Assembly: GCA_963663405.2 (NCBI GenBank)
Contig: CAXXSM010000160.1
Coordinates: forward strand, 11,866 to 75,865
Length of the DNA stretch: 64,000 nt
From: a bacterium
Lineage (GTDB): Bacteria > Hinthialibacterota > Hinthialibacteria > Hinthialibacterales > Hinthialibacteraceae
Direction: 5' to 3'
The notes beneath the pieces were generated by a model. It saw only the letters and a program-made list of their open reading frames with translations, was not told the origin of the DNA and ran no database searches. The position numbers and the translations under genes were made by a program. The number at the start of each line of letters is the position of its first letter. Position 1 is the stretch's first letter. Below, piece by piece: positions 38,601-46,553 of this stretch.

Positions 38601-41090
38601 AAGGAATTTCAGTGTCGCTTGCGCTGGTTTTTGTGACGCGACCGTATCGACGGTGAGCGCATACTCGCCCTTGGTCAATCCATCAGGAACTTTTACTTCC
38701 AGACGGGTAGTCCGGGCCGAGACGACTTCGGCTTTTTTATTTCCAAAATAGACATTGTTATTCTCCGGCTGGCCTGAAAAACGCTCTCCAGTAATAACCA
38801 CGGTCTCTCCCGCCGTTCCCTTTTCAGGAGAAAATGTATAGATCGAAGGTGAGAATGGATCTCCAACAACGACCAGCGCGGTTTCGAGGCATGTGGGGCC
38901 TTGCGCGATTTCCGCCCCATATACATTGATAATCTTCCCACACAGAGCAAGACCACGTTCAATGATCCGTCCAAAGGAGGAAATCTTATCCAGCGCTCCT
39001 AACAAAGACATCGCTGTGTTAAGAACTTTGGTGGTTGTATTTTGCACTTTTTCTTTCAATTGCTCCTTGAGTTCATTTTCTACATTATCTTTTATCTTTC
39101 CTTCATAATAGGATACGCCTCCTTGTGGAGCCGCCGTCATAAAACCAAGCGCCATATCGGCGGCGGTTACAAATATCAAACGCAGATATTCTTTCAATCC
39201 AGCTTTGGAGGATTCAATATTACTCAGTTCCTGAGAGATACGCCGGGCGCCGTTTTGAGCCGCTTTTTTCATCCCGGCCCGGTTCCACCGCTTGGCGTCC
39301 TTTGTGAATAAATCCCAAATATCCACCGCCATCATAACGAGATTGATGGCCATCGTTTCGTAGACCTGTTTCATTCCATCCGGCATGGCGTTAATCGCCA
39401 CCACATCTTCCGGTTCACTGCTATAATAGGGTTGTACCCCGCTGAATGCGCGAATTACATACACTCCATCGCCATACTGGAGCGGCAATACATTGCTTAC
39501 ACCGATGAAATAGTCCACGATTCCCCGGAACGCCATATCTACCAGTGTGTAGACTACATCGATTTTTGCGGTCCATTGGTTGGCAGGCACCAGCAGGGAG
39601 GCCTGATAGCCGGTCCGGTCGAATGATTCCTTCATCAGTTCCAGGAACGAAACGTTTAATCCGCGAGGCATGTCGTCCGGGTCGACACGGTATAGTGTGA
39701 CCATCCATTCCAACGGGCTGTAATCGCAAGCCCGATTCACTTGCACGCTGTCTTTCTCTTTTAAATACCGCAGGCGGATATAATCTGTGTCAATTCCCCA
39801 TACTTTGACGTTCGGCCGATAGTACTCGTCCTGTGTTGTGTTGCTTTGTGATTCACTGGCGAAGGGGACTTGGCGGTAGGGAAGTTTGTTGATGGGAGTG
39901 GATACGTGGGAGGCGCGTTTCCCAAAGGCCATAGTCTGATTCCCGTTAGCCGCTTCGTTGTCAAGAGAGATCATATATTCGTCTGGAATGGCGTTCAGCA
40001 GCGCATGTGTAGCCGCCGTCCATGCCGCTAGCACGTCTGGATCATTCAGCCCATCCGCGCCTTGAGGGTATCGTTCGGCAATGACGCGCTCGAGTTCTTT
40101 TACTTCTGGAACTGTATTCAATAAGTTTTCAACAATCCCGATGACATCCGGATCGTCAGTAAGGAGCATGGGATTCATAAAAAGCAACGCTTTCGCCGTC
40201 GTAAACGCGTTGATTTCAAACGGGGCCTGCCCATCAACACGCGGAGAACCCATGACTTGTGTGCTTTGAGAGGAATTCGATACGTAATAGGGATATAGGA
40301 ACACCAAGTACGTATTGTTCGCTTCCCCTGAAGAGGATGCGGCGATCAAGGTGAGTTGATCTTCAGGAATTTGCAGGGAAAACACGCCTTCATCATTATC
40401 GATATTCGCCGCGTGAAGATCGTAGCCTACAATGAAATCTTTCGGATCCAAATCACCATCAACAGTCAACACTCCATCGCGTAATTCCGTGACGTAAAAT
40501 ACGTCCTGGCTGACCGCTGTTCCACCCGGCGTTTGGATGGTGATAGAATTTGTTACCGCCCCATCCGGCATGGTCACGGTGATGGCCGTTCCCGTGGTTT
40601 CTATGATCGGCGCTGGAAGATCGACGAACAAAACGGTATTATCACCGGGAAGACCGGCTAGAAAATTTTGTCCGGTGATTGTCACTTCTGTCCCGATTGG
40701 CCCGGCGCGTGGCACGAAATCGTCGATCACTGGAGCGGATTCGCTGTAATCGCCTGTAATCTCACTCGTGGGGATTAAACCGACCGCTTGCAGCAGAATC
40801 CGGTAGGCGTCATCCTCCGTGAGCGTTCCATCACCCATGATACGTCCGTCAATGCCGGGGAATGGGAACACATCGCCTTGTGTGACTTCTTCAGCGTTCG
40901 CTGGCTCCAATCCCTCGACGGATCGCATGATTTTAAGCGCATCCCGGCCATCGATTGTTCCATCGCTTGTGATGTCACCTTTAAGAGCCGATTCCTGAGC
41001 GCCGGCGGGCGTCAAAAACAGTCCTGTCATAACAATGAGAAGTGAAAAAACGCGAATGTTCAGCTGAATTAAACAGGAAATACAATTCAT
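32676..41090 (-). CDS. Giant (about 2,800 aa) secreted multidomain protein: dockerin-like, IPT/TIG, parallel beta-helix, PD40/TolB-like propeller, cohesin-like
   Basis: Signal peptide (..TPAGA|QE); GDITSDGTIDGRDALKIMR and GDV...GDGTLTEDDAYRIL; P..GPIGTEVTITGQNF and FSPEKGTAGETVVITGERF; many N..GV.I beta-helix repeats; FVSERDGNPEIY-type repeats; terminal beta-sandwich; ends TQVECWMIY. Confidence 0.85.
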   Translation of the reverse strand: MNCISCLIQLNIRVFSLLIVMTGLFLTPAGAQESALKGDITSDGTIDGRDALKIMRSVEGLEPANAEEVTQGDVFPFPGIDGRIMGDGTLTEDDAYRILLQAVGLIPTSEITGDYSESAPVIDDFVPRAGPIGTEVTITGQNFLAGLPGDNTVLFVDLPAPIIETTGTAITVTMPDGAVTNSITIQTPGGTAVSQDVFYVTELRDGVLTVDGDLDPKDFIVGYDLHAANIDNDEGVFSLQIPEDQLTLIAASSSGEANNTYLVFLYPYYVSNSSQSTQVMGSPRVDGQAPFEINAFTTAKALLFMNPMLLTDDPDVIGIVENLLNTVPEVKELERVIAERYPQGADGLNDPDVLAAWTAATHALLNAIPDEYMISLDNEAANGNQTMAFGKRASHVSTPINKLPYRQVPFASESQSNTTQDEYYRPNVKVWGIDTDYIRLRYLKEKDSVQVNRACDYSPLEWMVTLYRVDPDDMPRGLNVSFLELMKESFDRTGYQASLLVPANQWTAKIDVVYTLVDMAFRGIVDYFIGVSNVLPLQYGDGVYVIRAFSGVQPYYSSEPEDVVAINAMPDGMKQVYETMAINLVMMAVDIWDLFTKDAKRWNRAGMKKAAQNGARRISQELSNIESSKAGLKEYLRLIFVTAADMALGFMTAAPQGGVSYYEGKIKDNVENELKEQLKEKVQNTTTKVLNTAMSLLGALDKISSFGRIIERGLALCGKIINVYGAEIAQGPTCLETALVVVGDPFSPSIYTFSPEKGTAGETVVITGERFSGQPENNNVYFGNKKAEVVSARTTRLEVKVPDGLTKGEYALTVDTVASQKPAQATLKFLYDPAPFIESVKPAEGYSAITNVPSGIYISDTGGSIITITGYEFFFDGLDYVYFGDKQGTIVEKYRNKLGVRVPAIDPGDTEIYVRSPITGKESTHIPFKVLGPPVIQNQNVTEAMAGESIVLTGDNLHETWVSVKDRWYRPDSAQKSRLTFRMPTVGDDNESLPVKVWNAAGLSNQITIKKNPGVVIPAAPQLTGGNATITVTDTSSGLNPNGNISFDEAVAFASGKENPFALSGGIVWDDENEEQIHNYFQQNVKIGEDADGKPIYDKQWIAGAIDPPKKLGTSNGPAHEIRKHIRQNHYNLEGGRKELVPMYDENLDTDTGHTLEEGDLVSVYNSPLTDYKSYTGKDVADLIRILNPGTYNAGEELRLGQLDRIEMSSNVILQYQFPRPIALLDGCYIINGIINSSQPIKFEGSSAHISGSTLSLQTGSQAGIWIEKGFGNQIDDSVTVKGSGGNVVHINGGGKNIVKAKLYPWDGKGVLIEDGQENTLMTLHLSGFQNSSGVSVNKGKLNVIEVEKIDNCSQYGVELKETNGNTVSGLTQNYPEKTSDTLTIENCANGVYIQKSYGNQCNKITADKCQTSGVTLDQSDDNTLSAIQAINTKDGHGIVLDDSTYNKLESIISANNPKNGLYILNGSQMNETNGAFLNNNDCGVALTGEKTQLNTFTSLYAGGWKDTDFNSTPSGIIAGNKKYGVWILGGSNQNRFDQNWIMGNGSHGIVLEGEMTYGNVFVGGSIGIQNYSEELYPNANAMNGGDGVLIHEGANFNLIQNLIIKDNDGNGVMIDGAGTMFNVIEQCTIGSEAHVLTDRKLNRLFGVAIMNNAPYNMILSNAIGNNGEGGILIDDLIPEMGLPFSSALIEDNTLGFIPFVAAGEEFPSYPYYPNGYGLLIDNSWGIDIFDNEIKSFNVNVYLSGEDCSNHFFSGNVIQDATQIGVLAEKAHDILFDDTVIYRCSDKGMVLENCANMTIQGDSSLIWVNTNEGLIMRGCTDILVDEITFNNQQNSTGMVIDDSKFIDVTRCIIDQNRGDGISIINNSSEIYLTSVTCERNNKSGVYIENSDHVYLAGYDELLELYSNQIAGLNIKDSQDIYVGSSGKGSEVYIHDNESYGVWIQGSNTRTVQISECEIFDNTFFDGIGVQVDGGKGIWIGGLTEQEGNYIEGNGLAGIIAEGANTQVFIYNNIIGGSYSLFDSSYTANGHGIQLSDGVKKVEIRKNVIQGNSDHGIMIGDGANSNVIVGNMILENRRDGIMIEGGSSNRNFISRNMITDNNMKGINLQGGNNNITAPVIDWILPGRTEKLRGAADGAPNGSVVEIYADFADEGEMMIGKATVRNQRFYAECARPMGFEYHAIVIHPNGNTSEFGPVNLSEGNEAYDPPFVFTSGTPDNQNIYLFSRALETPIQITSDPANDFDPQLNPSGDTMLFTSERSGNQDLWVLQMDETEPKQFTIDPAADYDPSWRDESTSIVFVSERDGNPEIYRSELDLETPFGSIAYDDGIFSSIATGAAGDMLGVRFSVKPSTLRRISFYIAGQPARFGWKIHEWDRFSPSDTILAEGTANPAETGWFSVDLEPIEVPEDFFVAIVFLEDNRPEIGCSASGEYYNSRIWSSEYEWWDTLDIENPYMIRAFVPPPPPERLTVNPAIDRHPAESYDGSTIAFTSDRGGNMDIWLMDADGANPRQLTDGVGNNYKPVWGTHTSDEIAFVSDRDGNPEIYSINLTSGTLRRYTYNLANDDDPEWALARISENYYEGTLLFSSDRDGGKEIYAIGSSGLPNRLTYTAFDSMQPNYGLDKFILKNLGALSALSNEIAQSNATASHRSLRTLATGDPITLSMSSADISRGETTSLDVTVSNASELGNLAFDIEYDASQLMLMDETIDPLAPNTLHTFNPGSLPAIRGLARFNWIRASGFTGDGSVMTLEYQLDPEADVKTSPLTFANLAAYDINLNEIPINIENGTITATDLPTQVECWMIY

Positions 41091-41455
41091 CGTATTGTTC
41101 ACCTTTATTGTTCAAATTAAGTAATTGATTTAGATTTAGAAATGAGTACTATTTCACCTTATTGTTAAGTTTTGAATAAATTCCTTCCGCGCCGATGGAA
41201 AGAAATCAAACGAATCAATAGGCTAAACATATTTTTATCTATGAAATTATTGCATCTATATATCGCTAAAGTTCATATTTGCACATTTTTTTTGACATTT
41301 CAAGAAGAATTTTCAGTAATTTGGGTTAATAATCGGGTAGAAATAAGTGTATGGAAATGGATCAATGGAATTTTTCTTCCTCTGCCAATAGGTTTTTTCA
41401 GGTTTGAATATATAGTTAAAAAGTAGAGTAGAATTTAAAAAAAAGGTTCAAGAAT

Positions 41456-43130
41456 ATGGCGCATGTGTCTTCGGGACGCGCTCTCTATATCCTTCTCATT
41501 CGCCTGCCGTTCCTGCAGATTCGTGGACGTTTTCTCCATCCAACCTTGGATGGCGTTTTGAAAAACTTGATTCTGTCGGGATTCGCCTTGGGTGTTGGTT
41601 GCGCGGAATACGCATTCTTTTACCGGTTTTGGCAGGTGCTGCTCCGAATCCCGATGGGCTTTGCAACCGTCTTTCCTCACACATTGTCCGTCATCGGATC
41701 GTTTTTATTTACTTTTCTCCTTTATTCAAGTATTCTCACGGCGCTTTCGGCGATTTATCGGTCGGATGATCTGAAACTGCTATTGACTTTTCCGGTTCCA
41801 ACACGATTGCTGTTAATTTATAAGTGGTTTGAGGTTTTTGTGCGGAGTGGATCGACTTTATTACTGCTGACAATTCCATTAATCGTATCTCTGGGCGTTG
41901 TTTTTCAAATGGGATTTGAATTTTACTTCGTCTTCACCATTGCGGTATTGGCGCTCTCAGCGCTGGCTGTCTCAATCGGAACGTTTGCGGGGATGGCGCT
42001 CATGACGCTTTTTCCGGAAAAGCGTCTTCATCAAACCATCGCGATTGTTGGCTTGTGTCTCGCCGCCCTGTTAATCGCAGGATTGCGTTTTCTTCACCTG
42101 GAAACACTTTGGAGTGAAGATCCGCTCTCTTCGCCATTGATAGCGTTTTTAAGTCAGAATCAATTAGGTTTTCCCTTGGTTTCCCCCGGCGCCGTTCTAT
42201 CCGGCGCCATTACGCCATTTCTTTCCGGCCAAACCGGTGGATGGAGCAGCGCGAGTGGGGGAATCATAGCCGCAAGCGCTGGATTCGCGTTCACAGTATT
42301 CATTGGTGAATGGATTTTTTCCCGGGGATGGCGCAGGAGCCAGGAAGCGGCCGACGCGGGTGTCCGGAGAACCGGTCTGGAAATGTCCGGCCGCCGGTTA
42401 CGGGTACCCGGCTCACCTTCTTTCCAATCCCTGATGTGGAAAGATTGGATTGTCCTGCGCCGTGACGCGGCCGTTTGGACGCAGCTATTTATGATGATCC
42501 CCCTCGCCATTATTTACATTATCAACTTGGCGTTTCTTCCACTTGAAGAGGCGTTCTTGATTGAATTTTTCGCTGTCGCCAATGTGGGTTTGATTGGATT
42601 GATCATCGCCGCAATCGGCGCGCGATACTTGTTCCCCGCCGCCTCCCGCGAAGGCAAATCGATCTGGATCACCGCCTGCGCGCCCCTTTCCCCCAGCCTG
42701 ATGATTGTAGAGAAAATACTGTTCTCTTCCCCTCCCGTGATCGCTTTGAGTGTGGTCTTGTTTTTGATTTCTTCTTGGATATTGGGAGTGGAGAGCGGCC
42801 TGTTTCTTTGGTGTTTCGTGTATGGAATACTTTCGACGGTTCTGCTCTGTGTGCTTGCGGTCTCGTTGGGATTCTGTTTCCCTTCATACGATCACCGTCA
42901 TCTTTTGGAAGTCTCATTGGGCAAGGGCGCCGTTTCTCTTTATGGCGGTCGCGGTAGTGGAGTTAGGCAGTTTGGTTTACATTGGATTACGTAATGTTTT
43001 CACTCAAACGGGAAAACCACCTTCCCTCTTTGAGGAATCCTACCTATATTGGCTGCTGGTCTGGATTCTTATCACCGGTTTCTGTTTTTACCAGGGGATC
43101 AAACATGTAAAAACGTTTGAATTGAAATAG
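41456..43130 (+). CDS. Putative ABC exporter permease subunit (frameshift near 42930)
   Basis: About 14 TM helices; S.DLKLLLTFPV, KDWIVLRRD..W.QL and RYLFPAASREGKSIW motifs. Removing one C gives GKGAFLFMAV, joining ORF 42822-43130. Confidence 0.78.
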
Positions 43131-43142
43131 GCGGAACACTGC

Positions 43143-43916
43143 CTATTGATTGTAAATCTCCGTATACGATCCGACGATTTCGGGATCGGGGGGTACAACG
43201 ACATCGGTATTTTTGTCCGTGTAGGGCAGGTGGTATAAGAGATGCCGCATGCAGTTGATCCGGGCGCGTTTTTTATCGTCGGATTTGACTACCCGCCAAG
43301 GTGCGTCGGCGGTGTCGGTATAAAAGAACATGGCTTCTTTCGCTTTCGTATATTCATCCCATTTGTCGAGAGACTGCTCATCGATCGAGCTCAATTTCCA
43401 CTGTTTAAGAGGATCGGTTTTCCGGGATTTAAAACGGCGGCGCTGTTCTTCTTGGCTGACCGAGAACCAATATTTGAATAGCCGAATCCCGTCGTTGACT
43501 AACATGCGTTCGAATTGTGGTGTCTGGCGCATGAATTCAAGGTACTCTTCCGGCGTACAGAATCCCATCACCCGTTCCACACCGGCCCGGTTGTACCAAG
43601 ACCGGTCAAACATTACAATTTCGCATTTTGTGGGAAGATGTTTGATATACCGTTGATAGTACCATTGCCCTCGTTCTTGTTCGGACGGTTTTTCCAAAGC
43701 GACGACCCGCGCCCCACGGGGATTGAGATGTTCCATCAATCGTTTAATAGTTCCCCCTTTTCCCGCCGCGTCCCGGCCTTCACAGAGAATAACGATGCGC
43801 TGCCCCGTCGCCTTCACCCAGCTCTGGACTTTCAGCAATTCGATCTGCAATTCCGCCTTCAGAACCTCGTATTCCGCTCGTTTCATCTTTTGGGGTGGAT
43901 TCGGGGAATTTTCCAT
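43143..43916 (-). CDS. ppk2: Polyphosphate kinase 2
   Basis: EGRDAAGKGGTIKR, QWYYQRY, FDRSWYNRAGVERVMGFC, KQWKLS and DDKKRAR. Confidence 0.96.
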   Translation of the reverse strand: MENSPNPPQKMKRAEYEVLKAELQIELLKVQSWVKATGQRIVILCEGRDAAGKGGTIKRLMEHLNPRGARVVALEKPSEQERGQWYYQRYIKHLPTKCEIVMFDRSWYNRAGVERVMGFCTPEEYLEFMRQTPQFERMLVNDGIRLFKYWFSVSQEEQRRRFKSRKTDPLKQWKLSSIDEQSLDKWDEYTKAKEAMFFYTDTADAPWRVVKSDDKKRARINCMRHLLYHLPYTDKNTDVVVPPDPEIVGSYTEIYNQ

Positions 43917-44152
43917 GATTGAACGGCTGTTCCTTTCTATGACGATAAAGTTCGGCATGAGTCGAATATTAAAAATTTTGCACTTGACTGTAGTTGTAGA
44001 AATTTTATGTCAAAGTATTAATTTAATATTCGATTCGCTGGGCTATTGCTGCTGTATCTTAAATGAATATTCTAAAAAAAATCTATTATCCGTAGGATAA
44101 ATCTTCTTCTATATACGATACCTAATCTCATGTGTTAGGTCAATGTTAAGAT

Positions 44153-45067
44153 TTAATTTGAAATGGATTGGTAGAGGTCCGCATATGTGCAGGGGTTTAG
44201 CCTGGTTTTATGGACATAGGCGAACGTCAGTTCCAGCATTTTCATCGCGGGATCAAACGCGTCCAGCGACCAGGGATGCCAGATCAGCGAGACAAAGGGC
44301 TTCTTTTTTGTGATCGCACGGTCGAGAAAGATCTTGTTGATGGCGAATTCCTCTTCGGGTTTCGTGATATAATCGTTAGGGATCGCTTCAGGAATGGCGG
44401 GCGGCCAGAGCGTGATTCGTTTCGGCCCCATTTTATTGTTGTTTTTCAATAGGTTCTCATGCCATCCATGTCCCGGCAGTTCCCAGAGATTGGGATATCC
44501 ATCGGATGTGTAAGTAAACGGTTCCGTGAGCAAAGTGGGAAGGGAATAATCCGGTCCCCAAAGTAGACTGCTGACATATTTTAATCCCGCTTCTTGGATG
44601 AGTTCCAGAACACGGGGCGCGTTTCTGAATCCATTCTCGAAACCGCACCCCGGCCGAAGGCCCAGACAGGGGCGCTCGAAAACGCGTTCGACAATCTCCT
44701 TGCCTTTGAAGATCTCAATCCGTTTCTCTTCATCTGGTATGGCGTCTCCGCAGAATGGATTGTCTCGCAGCATTCGATGAGAATACGTATGAGTCGCGAT
44801 CTCAAATAGAGGATCCTCCAATAGTTTTCTATATTCGGAAGCGTTCGCCTCCAGTGTTTTCCCTACGATAAAAAAAGTCGCCGGCATTTGAAATCGCTTG
44901 TGGACATCGACGATTTTCCGGCAGGCTTCCAAACAACGGGGCGATTCGGTATCGTAGGCGGCGATATATTTGGTTGTGGATGATTCGGCGCCGCTGGTCC
45001 CTCTTGACGCCAACATCCCTGCCGCGCTCAACGTAGTGAATCGAACAAAATTTCTTCTGGTTATCAT
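44153..45067 (-). CDS. Polysaccharide deacetylase (NodB-like) with Tat signal
   Basis: MITRRNFVR twin-arginine motif, AYDTE, ATFFIVG, EIATHTYSH, GLRPG and WHPW; AAGGAGG RBS. Confidence 0.85.
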   Translation of the reverse strand: MITRRNFVRFTTLSAAGMLASRGTSGAESSTTKYIAAYDTESPRCLEACRKIVDVHKRFQMPATFFIVGKTLEANASEYRKLLEDPLFEIATHTYSHRMLRDNPFCGDAIPDEEKRIEIFKGKEIVERVFERPCLGLRPGCGFENGFRNAPRVLELIQEAGLKYVSSLLWGPDYSLPTLLTEPFTYTSDGYPNLWELPGHGWHENLLKNNNKMGPKRITLWPPAIPEAIPNDYITKPEEEFAINKIFLDRAITKKKPFVSLIWHPWSLDAFDPAMKMLELTFAYVHKTRLNPCTYADLYQSISN

Positions 45068-45095
45068 ATACACCTCCTTGTTAATTGAACGCCGT

Positions 45096-45503
45096 TTAAT
45101 GATCATTTATAAATTGAGTCATTGATACAGCAGTGTCGGGGAACTGTTTAATAATCTTTTTATCTTCTGTAATCAATCTGACATCTAAATGTCTTGCTAA
45201 ATAGACATATTCGCAATCATATGCCGAACAACCACTTTCATGTGATAGTCTTATGACCTGGGAAGAACTGACATCATATTCGTTCCCTTTCATTAATAGT
45301 TCCGCTACCTTAAAAATATCGATGGATTCAGCAAAGGTAAGCCTCTTTTTTCGAATGTGAGAAATGAGAACATTCCTGAACTCGCTTCTCCATAAACGAG
45401 GAGCGGCCCATATCGAATCAATTTCGTGTATTCTTTCGGCCTGTCCGTTGAAATTAGAATGTATGTAAAAATAACTGATAATATTGGTGTCCACAACAAT
45501 CAT
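45096..45503 (-). CDS. vapC: VapC family PIN-domain toxin
   Basis: MIVVDTNII, LWRSEFRNVL, SAYDCEYV.LA and LITED PIN motifs; overlaps the antitoxin (ATGA). Confidence 0.92.
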   Translation of the reverse strand: MIVVDTNIISYFYIHSNFNGQAERIHEIDSIWAAPRLWRSEFRNVLISHIRKKRLTFAESIDIFKVAELLMKGNEYDVSSSQVIRLSHESGCSAYDCEYVYLARHLDVRLITEDKKIIKQFPDTAVSMTQFINDH

Positions 45504-45742
45504 GACCGGCCTTCATTTTTAAACTCATTTAATTGCTCTTGCGTTAAATTGTATTTTTTCGTTTTTTCCCGCAGACGGCGGGCGATGGCCCGATGCTGTT
45601 CAGGATCGATTGAATCATGTTTAACCGCTTGATCGATGAGATAGAGAATTTCACCATTTACGCTTCGGAAATGGGATGAAGCCATTTGTTTGAGATCCGC
45701 ATAGGTGTCATCGGGGATGTTTTTCAGAGTTATTGTAGCCAT
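45500..45742 (-). CDS. Ribbon-helix-helix (Arc/FitA-like) antitoxin
   Basis: MATITLKNIPDDTY..LK..A..HFRSVNGEI...EGRS; directly upstream of the PIN toxin. Confidence 0.88.
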   Translation of the reverse strand: MATITLKNIPDDTYADLKQMASSHFRSVNGEILYLIDQAVKHDSIDPEQHRAIARRLREKTKKYNLTQEQLNEFKNEGRS

Positions 45743-45757
45743 AATCGTCTCCATTGA

Positions 45758-45803
45758 GGTTCCTTATTGGTTTTATTATGGTTGCGCAAATAGATGTTGT
45801 CAA
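45758..45803 (-). promoter_or_regulatory. Sigma70 promoter and repeated operator of the TA module
   Basis: Minus strand TTGACA(45803-45798)-17 nt-CATAAT(45780-45775); AACC repeats at exact 11-bp spacing (GGTT at 45758, 45769, 45780). Confidence 0.7.
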
Positions 45804-45849
45804 CGTAAAATTCATTGTTGTGATTCACCGTAACAACAATCTCCAAGTT

Positions 45850-46503
45850 TTAATTCAACGGCAGCACATAAAACAAAATCGCGAAATATTGACAGATACT
45901 TCCCGCCAGTACAAACAGATGCCATATGGCGTGATTGTATGGTATCGTTTTCCAGCAGTAGAAGAGGATTCCGGATGTATAGAAACATCCACCCACCAGA
46001 AGCCAGATGAATCCTTCGAATGGGAAATTCAACAACAAAGGCCGTAGCGCGATCAATACGAACCAGCCCATCGCGATGTAGACGATCGATGAAAAGATCC
46101 GCATACGGCCTGTGAAAAATACCTTCAGAACGATCCCAATAATCGCCAATCCCCAAATGATCCCAAACAGAGACCATCCCCACGCCCCCCGCAGCGTGAC
46201 TAATGTAAAAGGCGTATAACTGCCCGCGATCAGCAGATAGATAGAACTATGATCCAGGATTTGAAACACCCGTTTGACGCGTGGTGATTGCAGGCTGTGA
46301 TAGAGAGTCGACATTAAATAGAGGAGTACCAATGTCGCTCCGTAGACGCTCACACTGACGATGTGCCAAGCGTCGCCGTACAGCGCGGCGAATACAACGA
46401 GCACGACTAAACCGGCGGCGCCCAGAATGGCGCCGATACCATGCGTTATACTGCTGGCTAATTCCTCACCAAAAGTATTCTGAATCGGTTGATTTTCATT
46501 CAT
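45850..46503 (-). CDS. Hemolysin III / PAQR family membrane protein
   Basis: EELASSITHG, STLYHS, LDHSSIYLLIAGSYTPF and HAIWHLFVL. Confidence 0.93.
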   Translation of the reverse strand: MNENQPIQNTFGEELASSITHGIGAILGAAGLVVLVVFAALYGDAWHIVSVSVYGATLVLLYLMSTLYHSLQSPRVKRVFQILDHSSIYLLIAGSYTPFTLVTLRGAWGWSLFGIIWGLAIIGIVLKVFFTGRMRIFSSIVYIAMGWFVLIALRPLLLNFPFEGFIWLLVGGCFYTSGILFYCWKTIPYNHAIWHLFVLAGSICQYFAILFYVLPLN

Positions 46504-46553
46504 CGGACAAAAGACCAATGTAAAACTCGCTTTCTTCAATGGATTGAATCCGC

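Noticed and set aside
41098-41168. Imperfect direct repeat TTCACCTT(T)ATTGTT upstream of the giant gene
   Set aside because: Only two copies in AT-rich DNA, one of which is the RBS region; no function can be supported.
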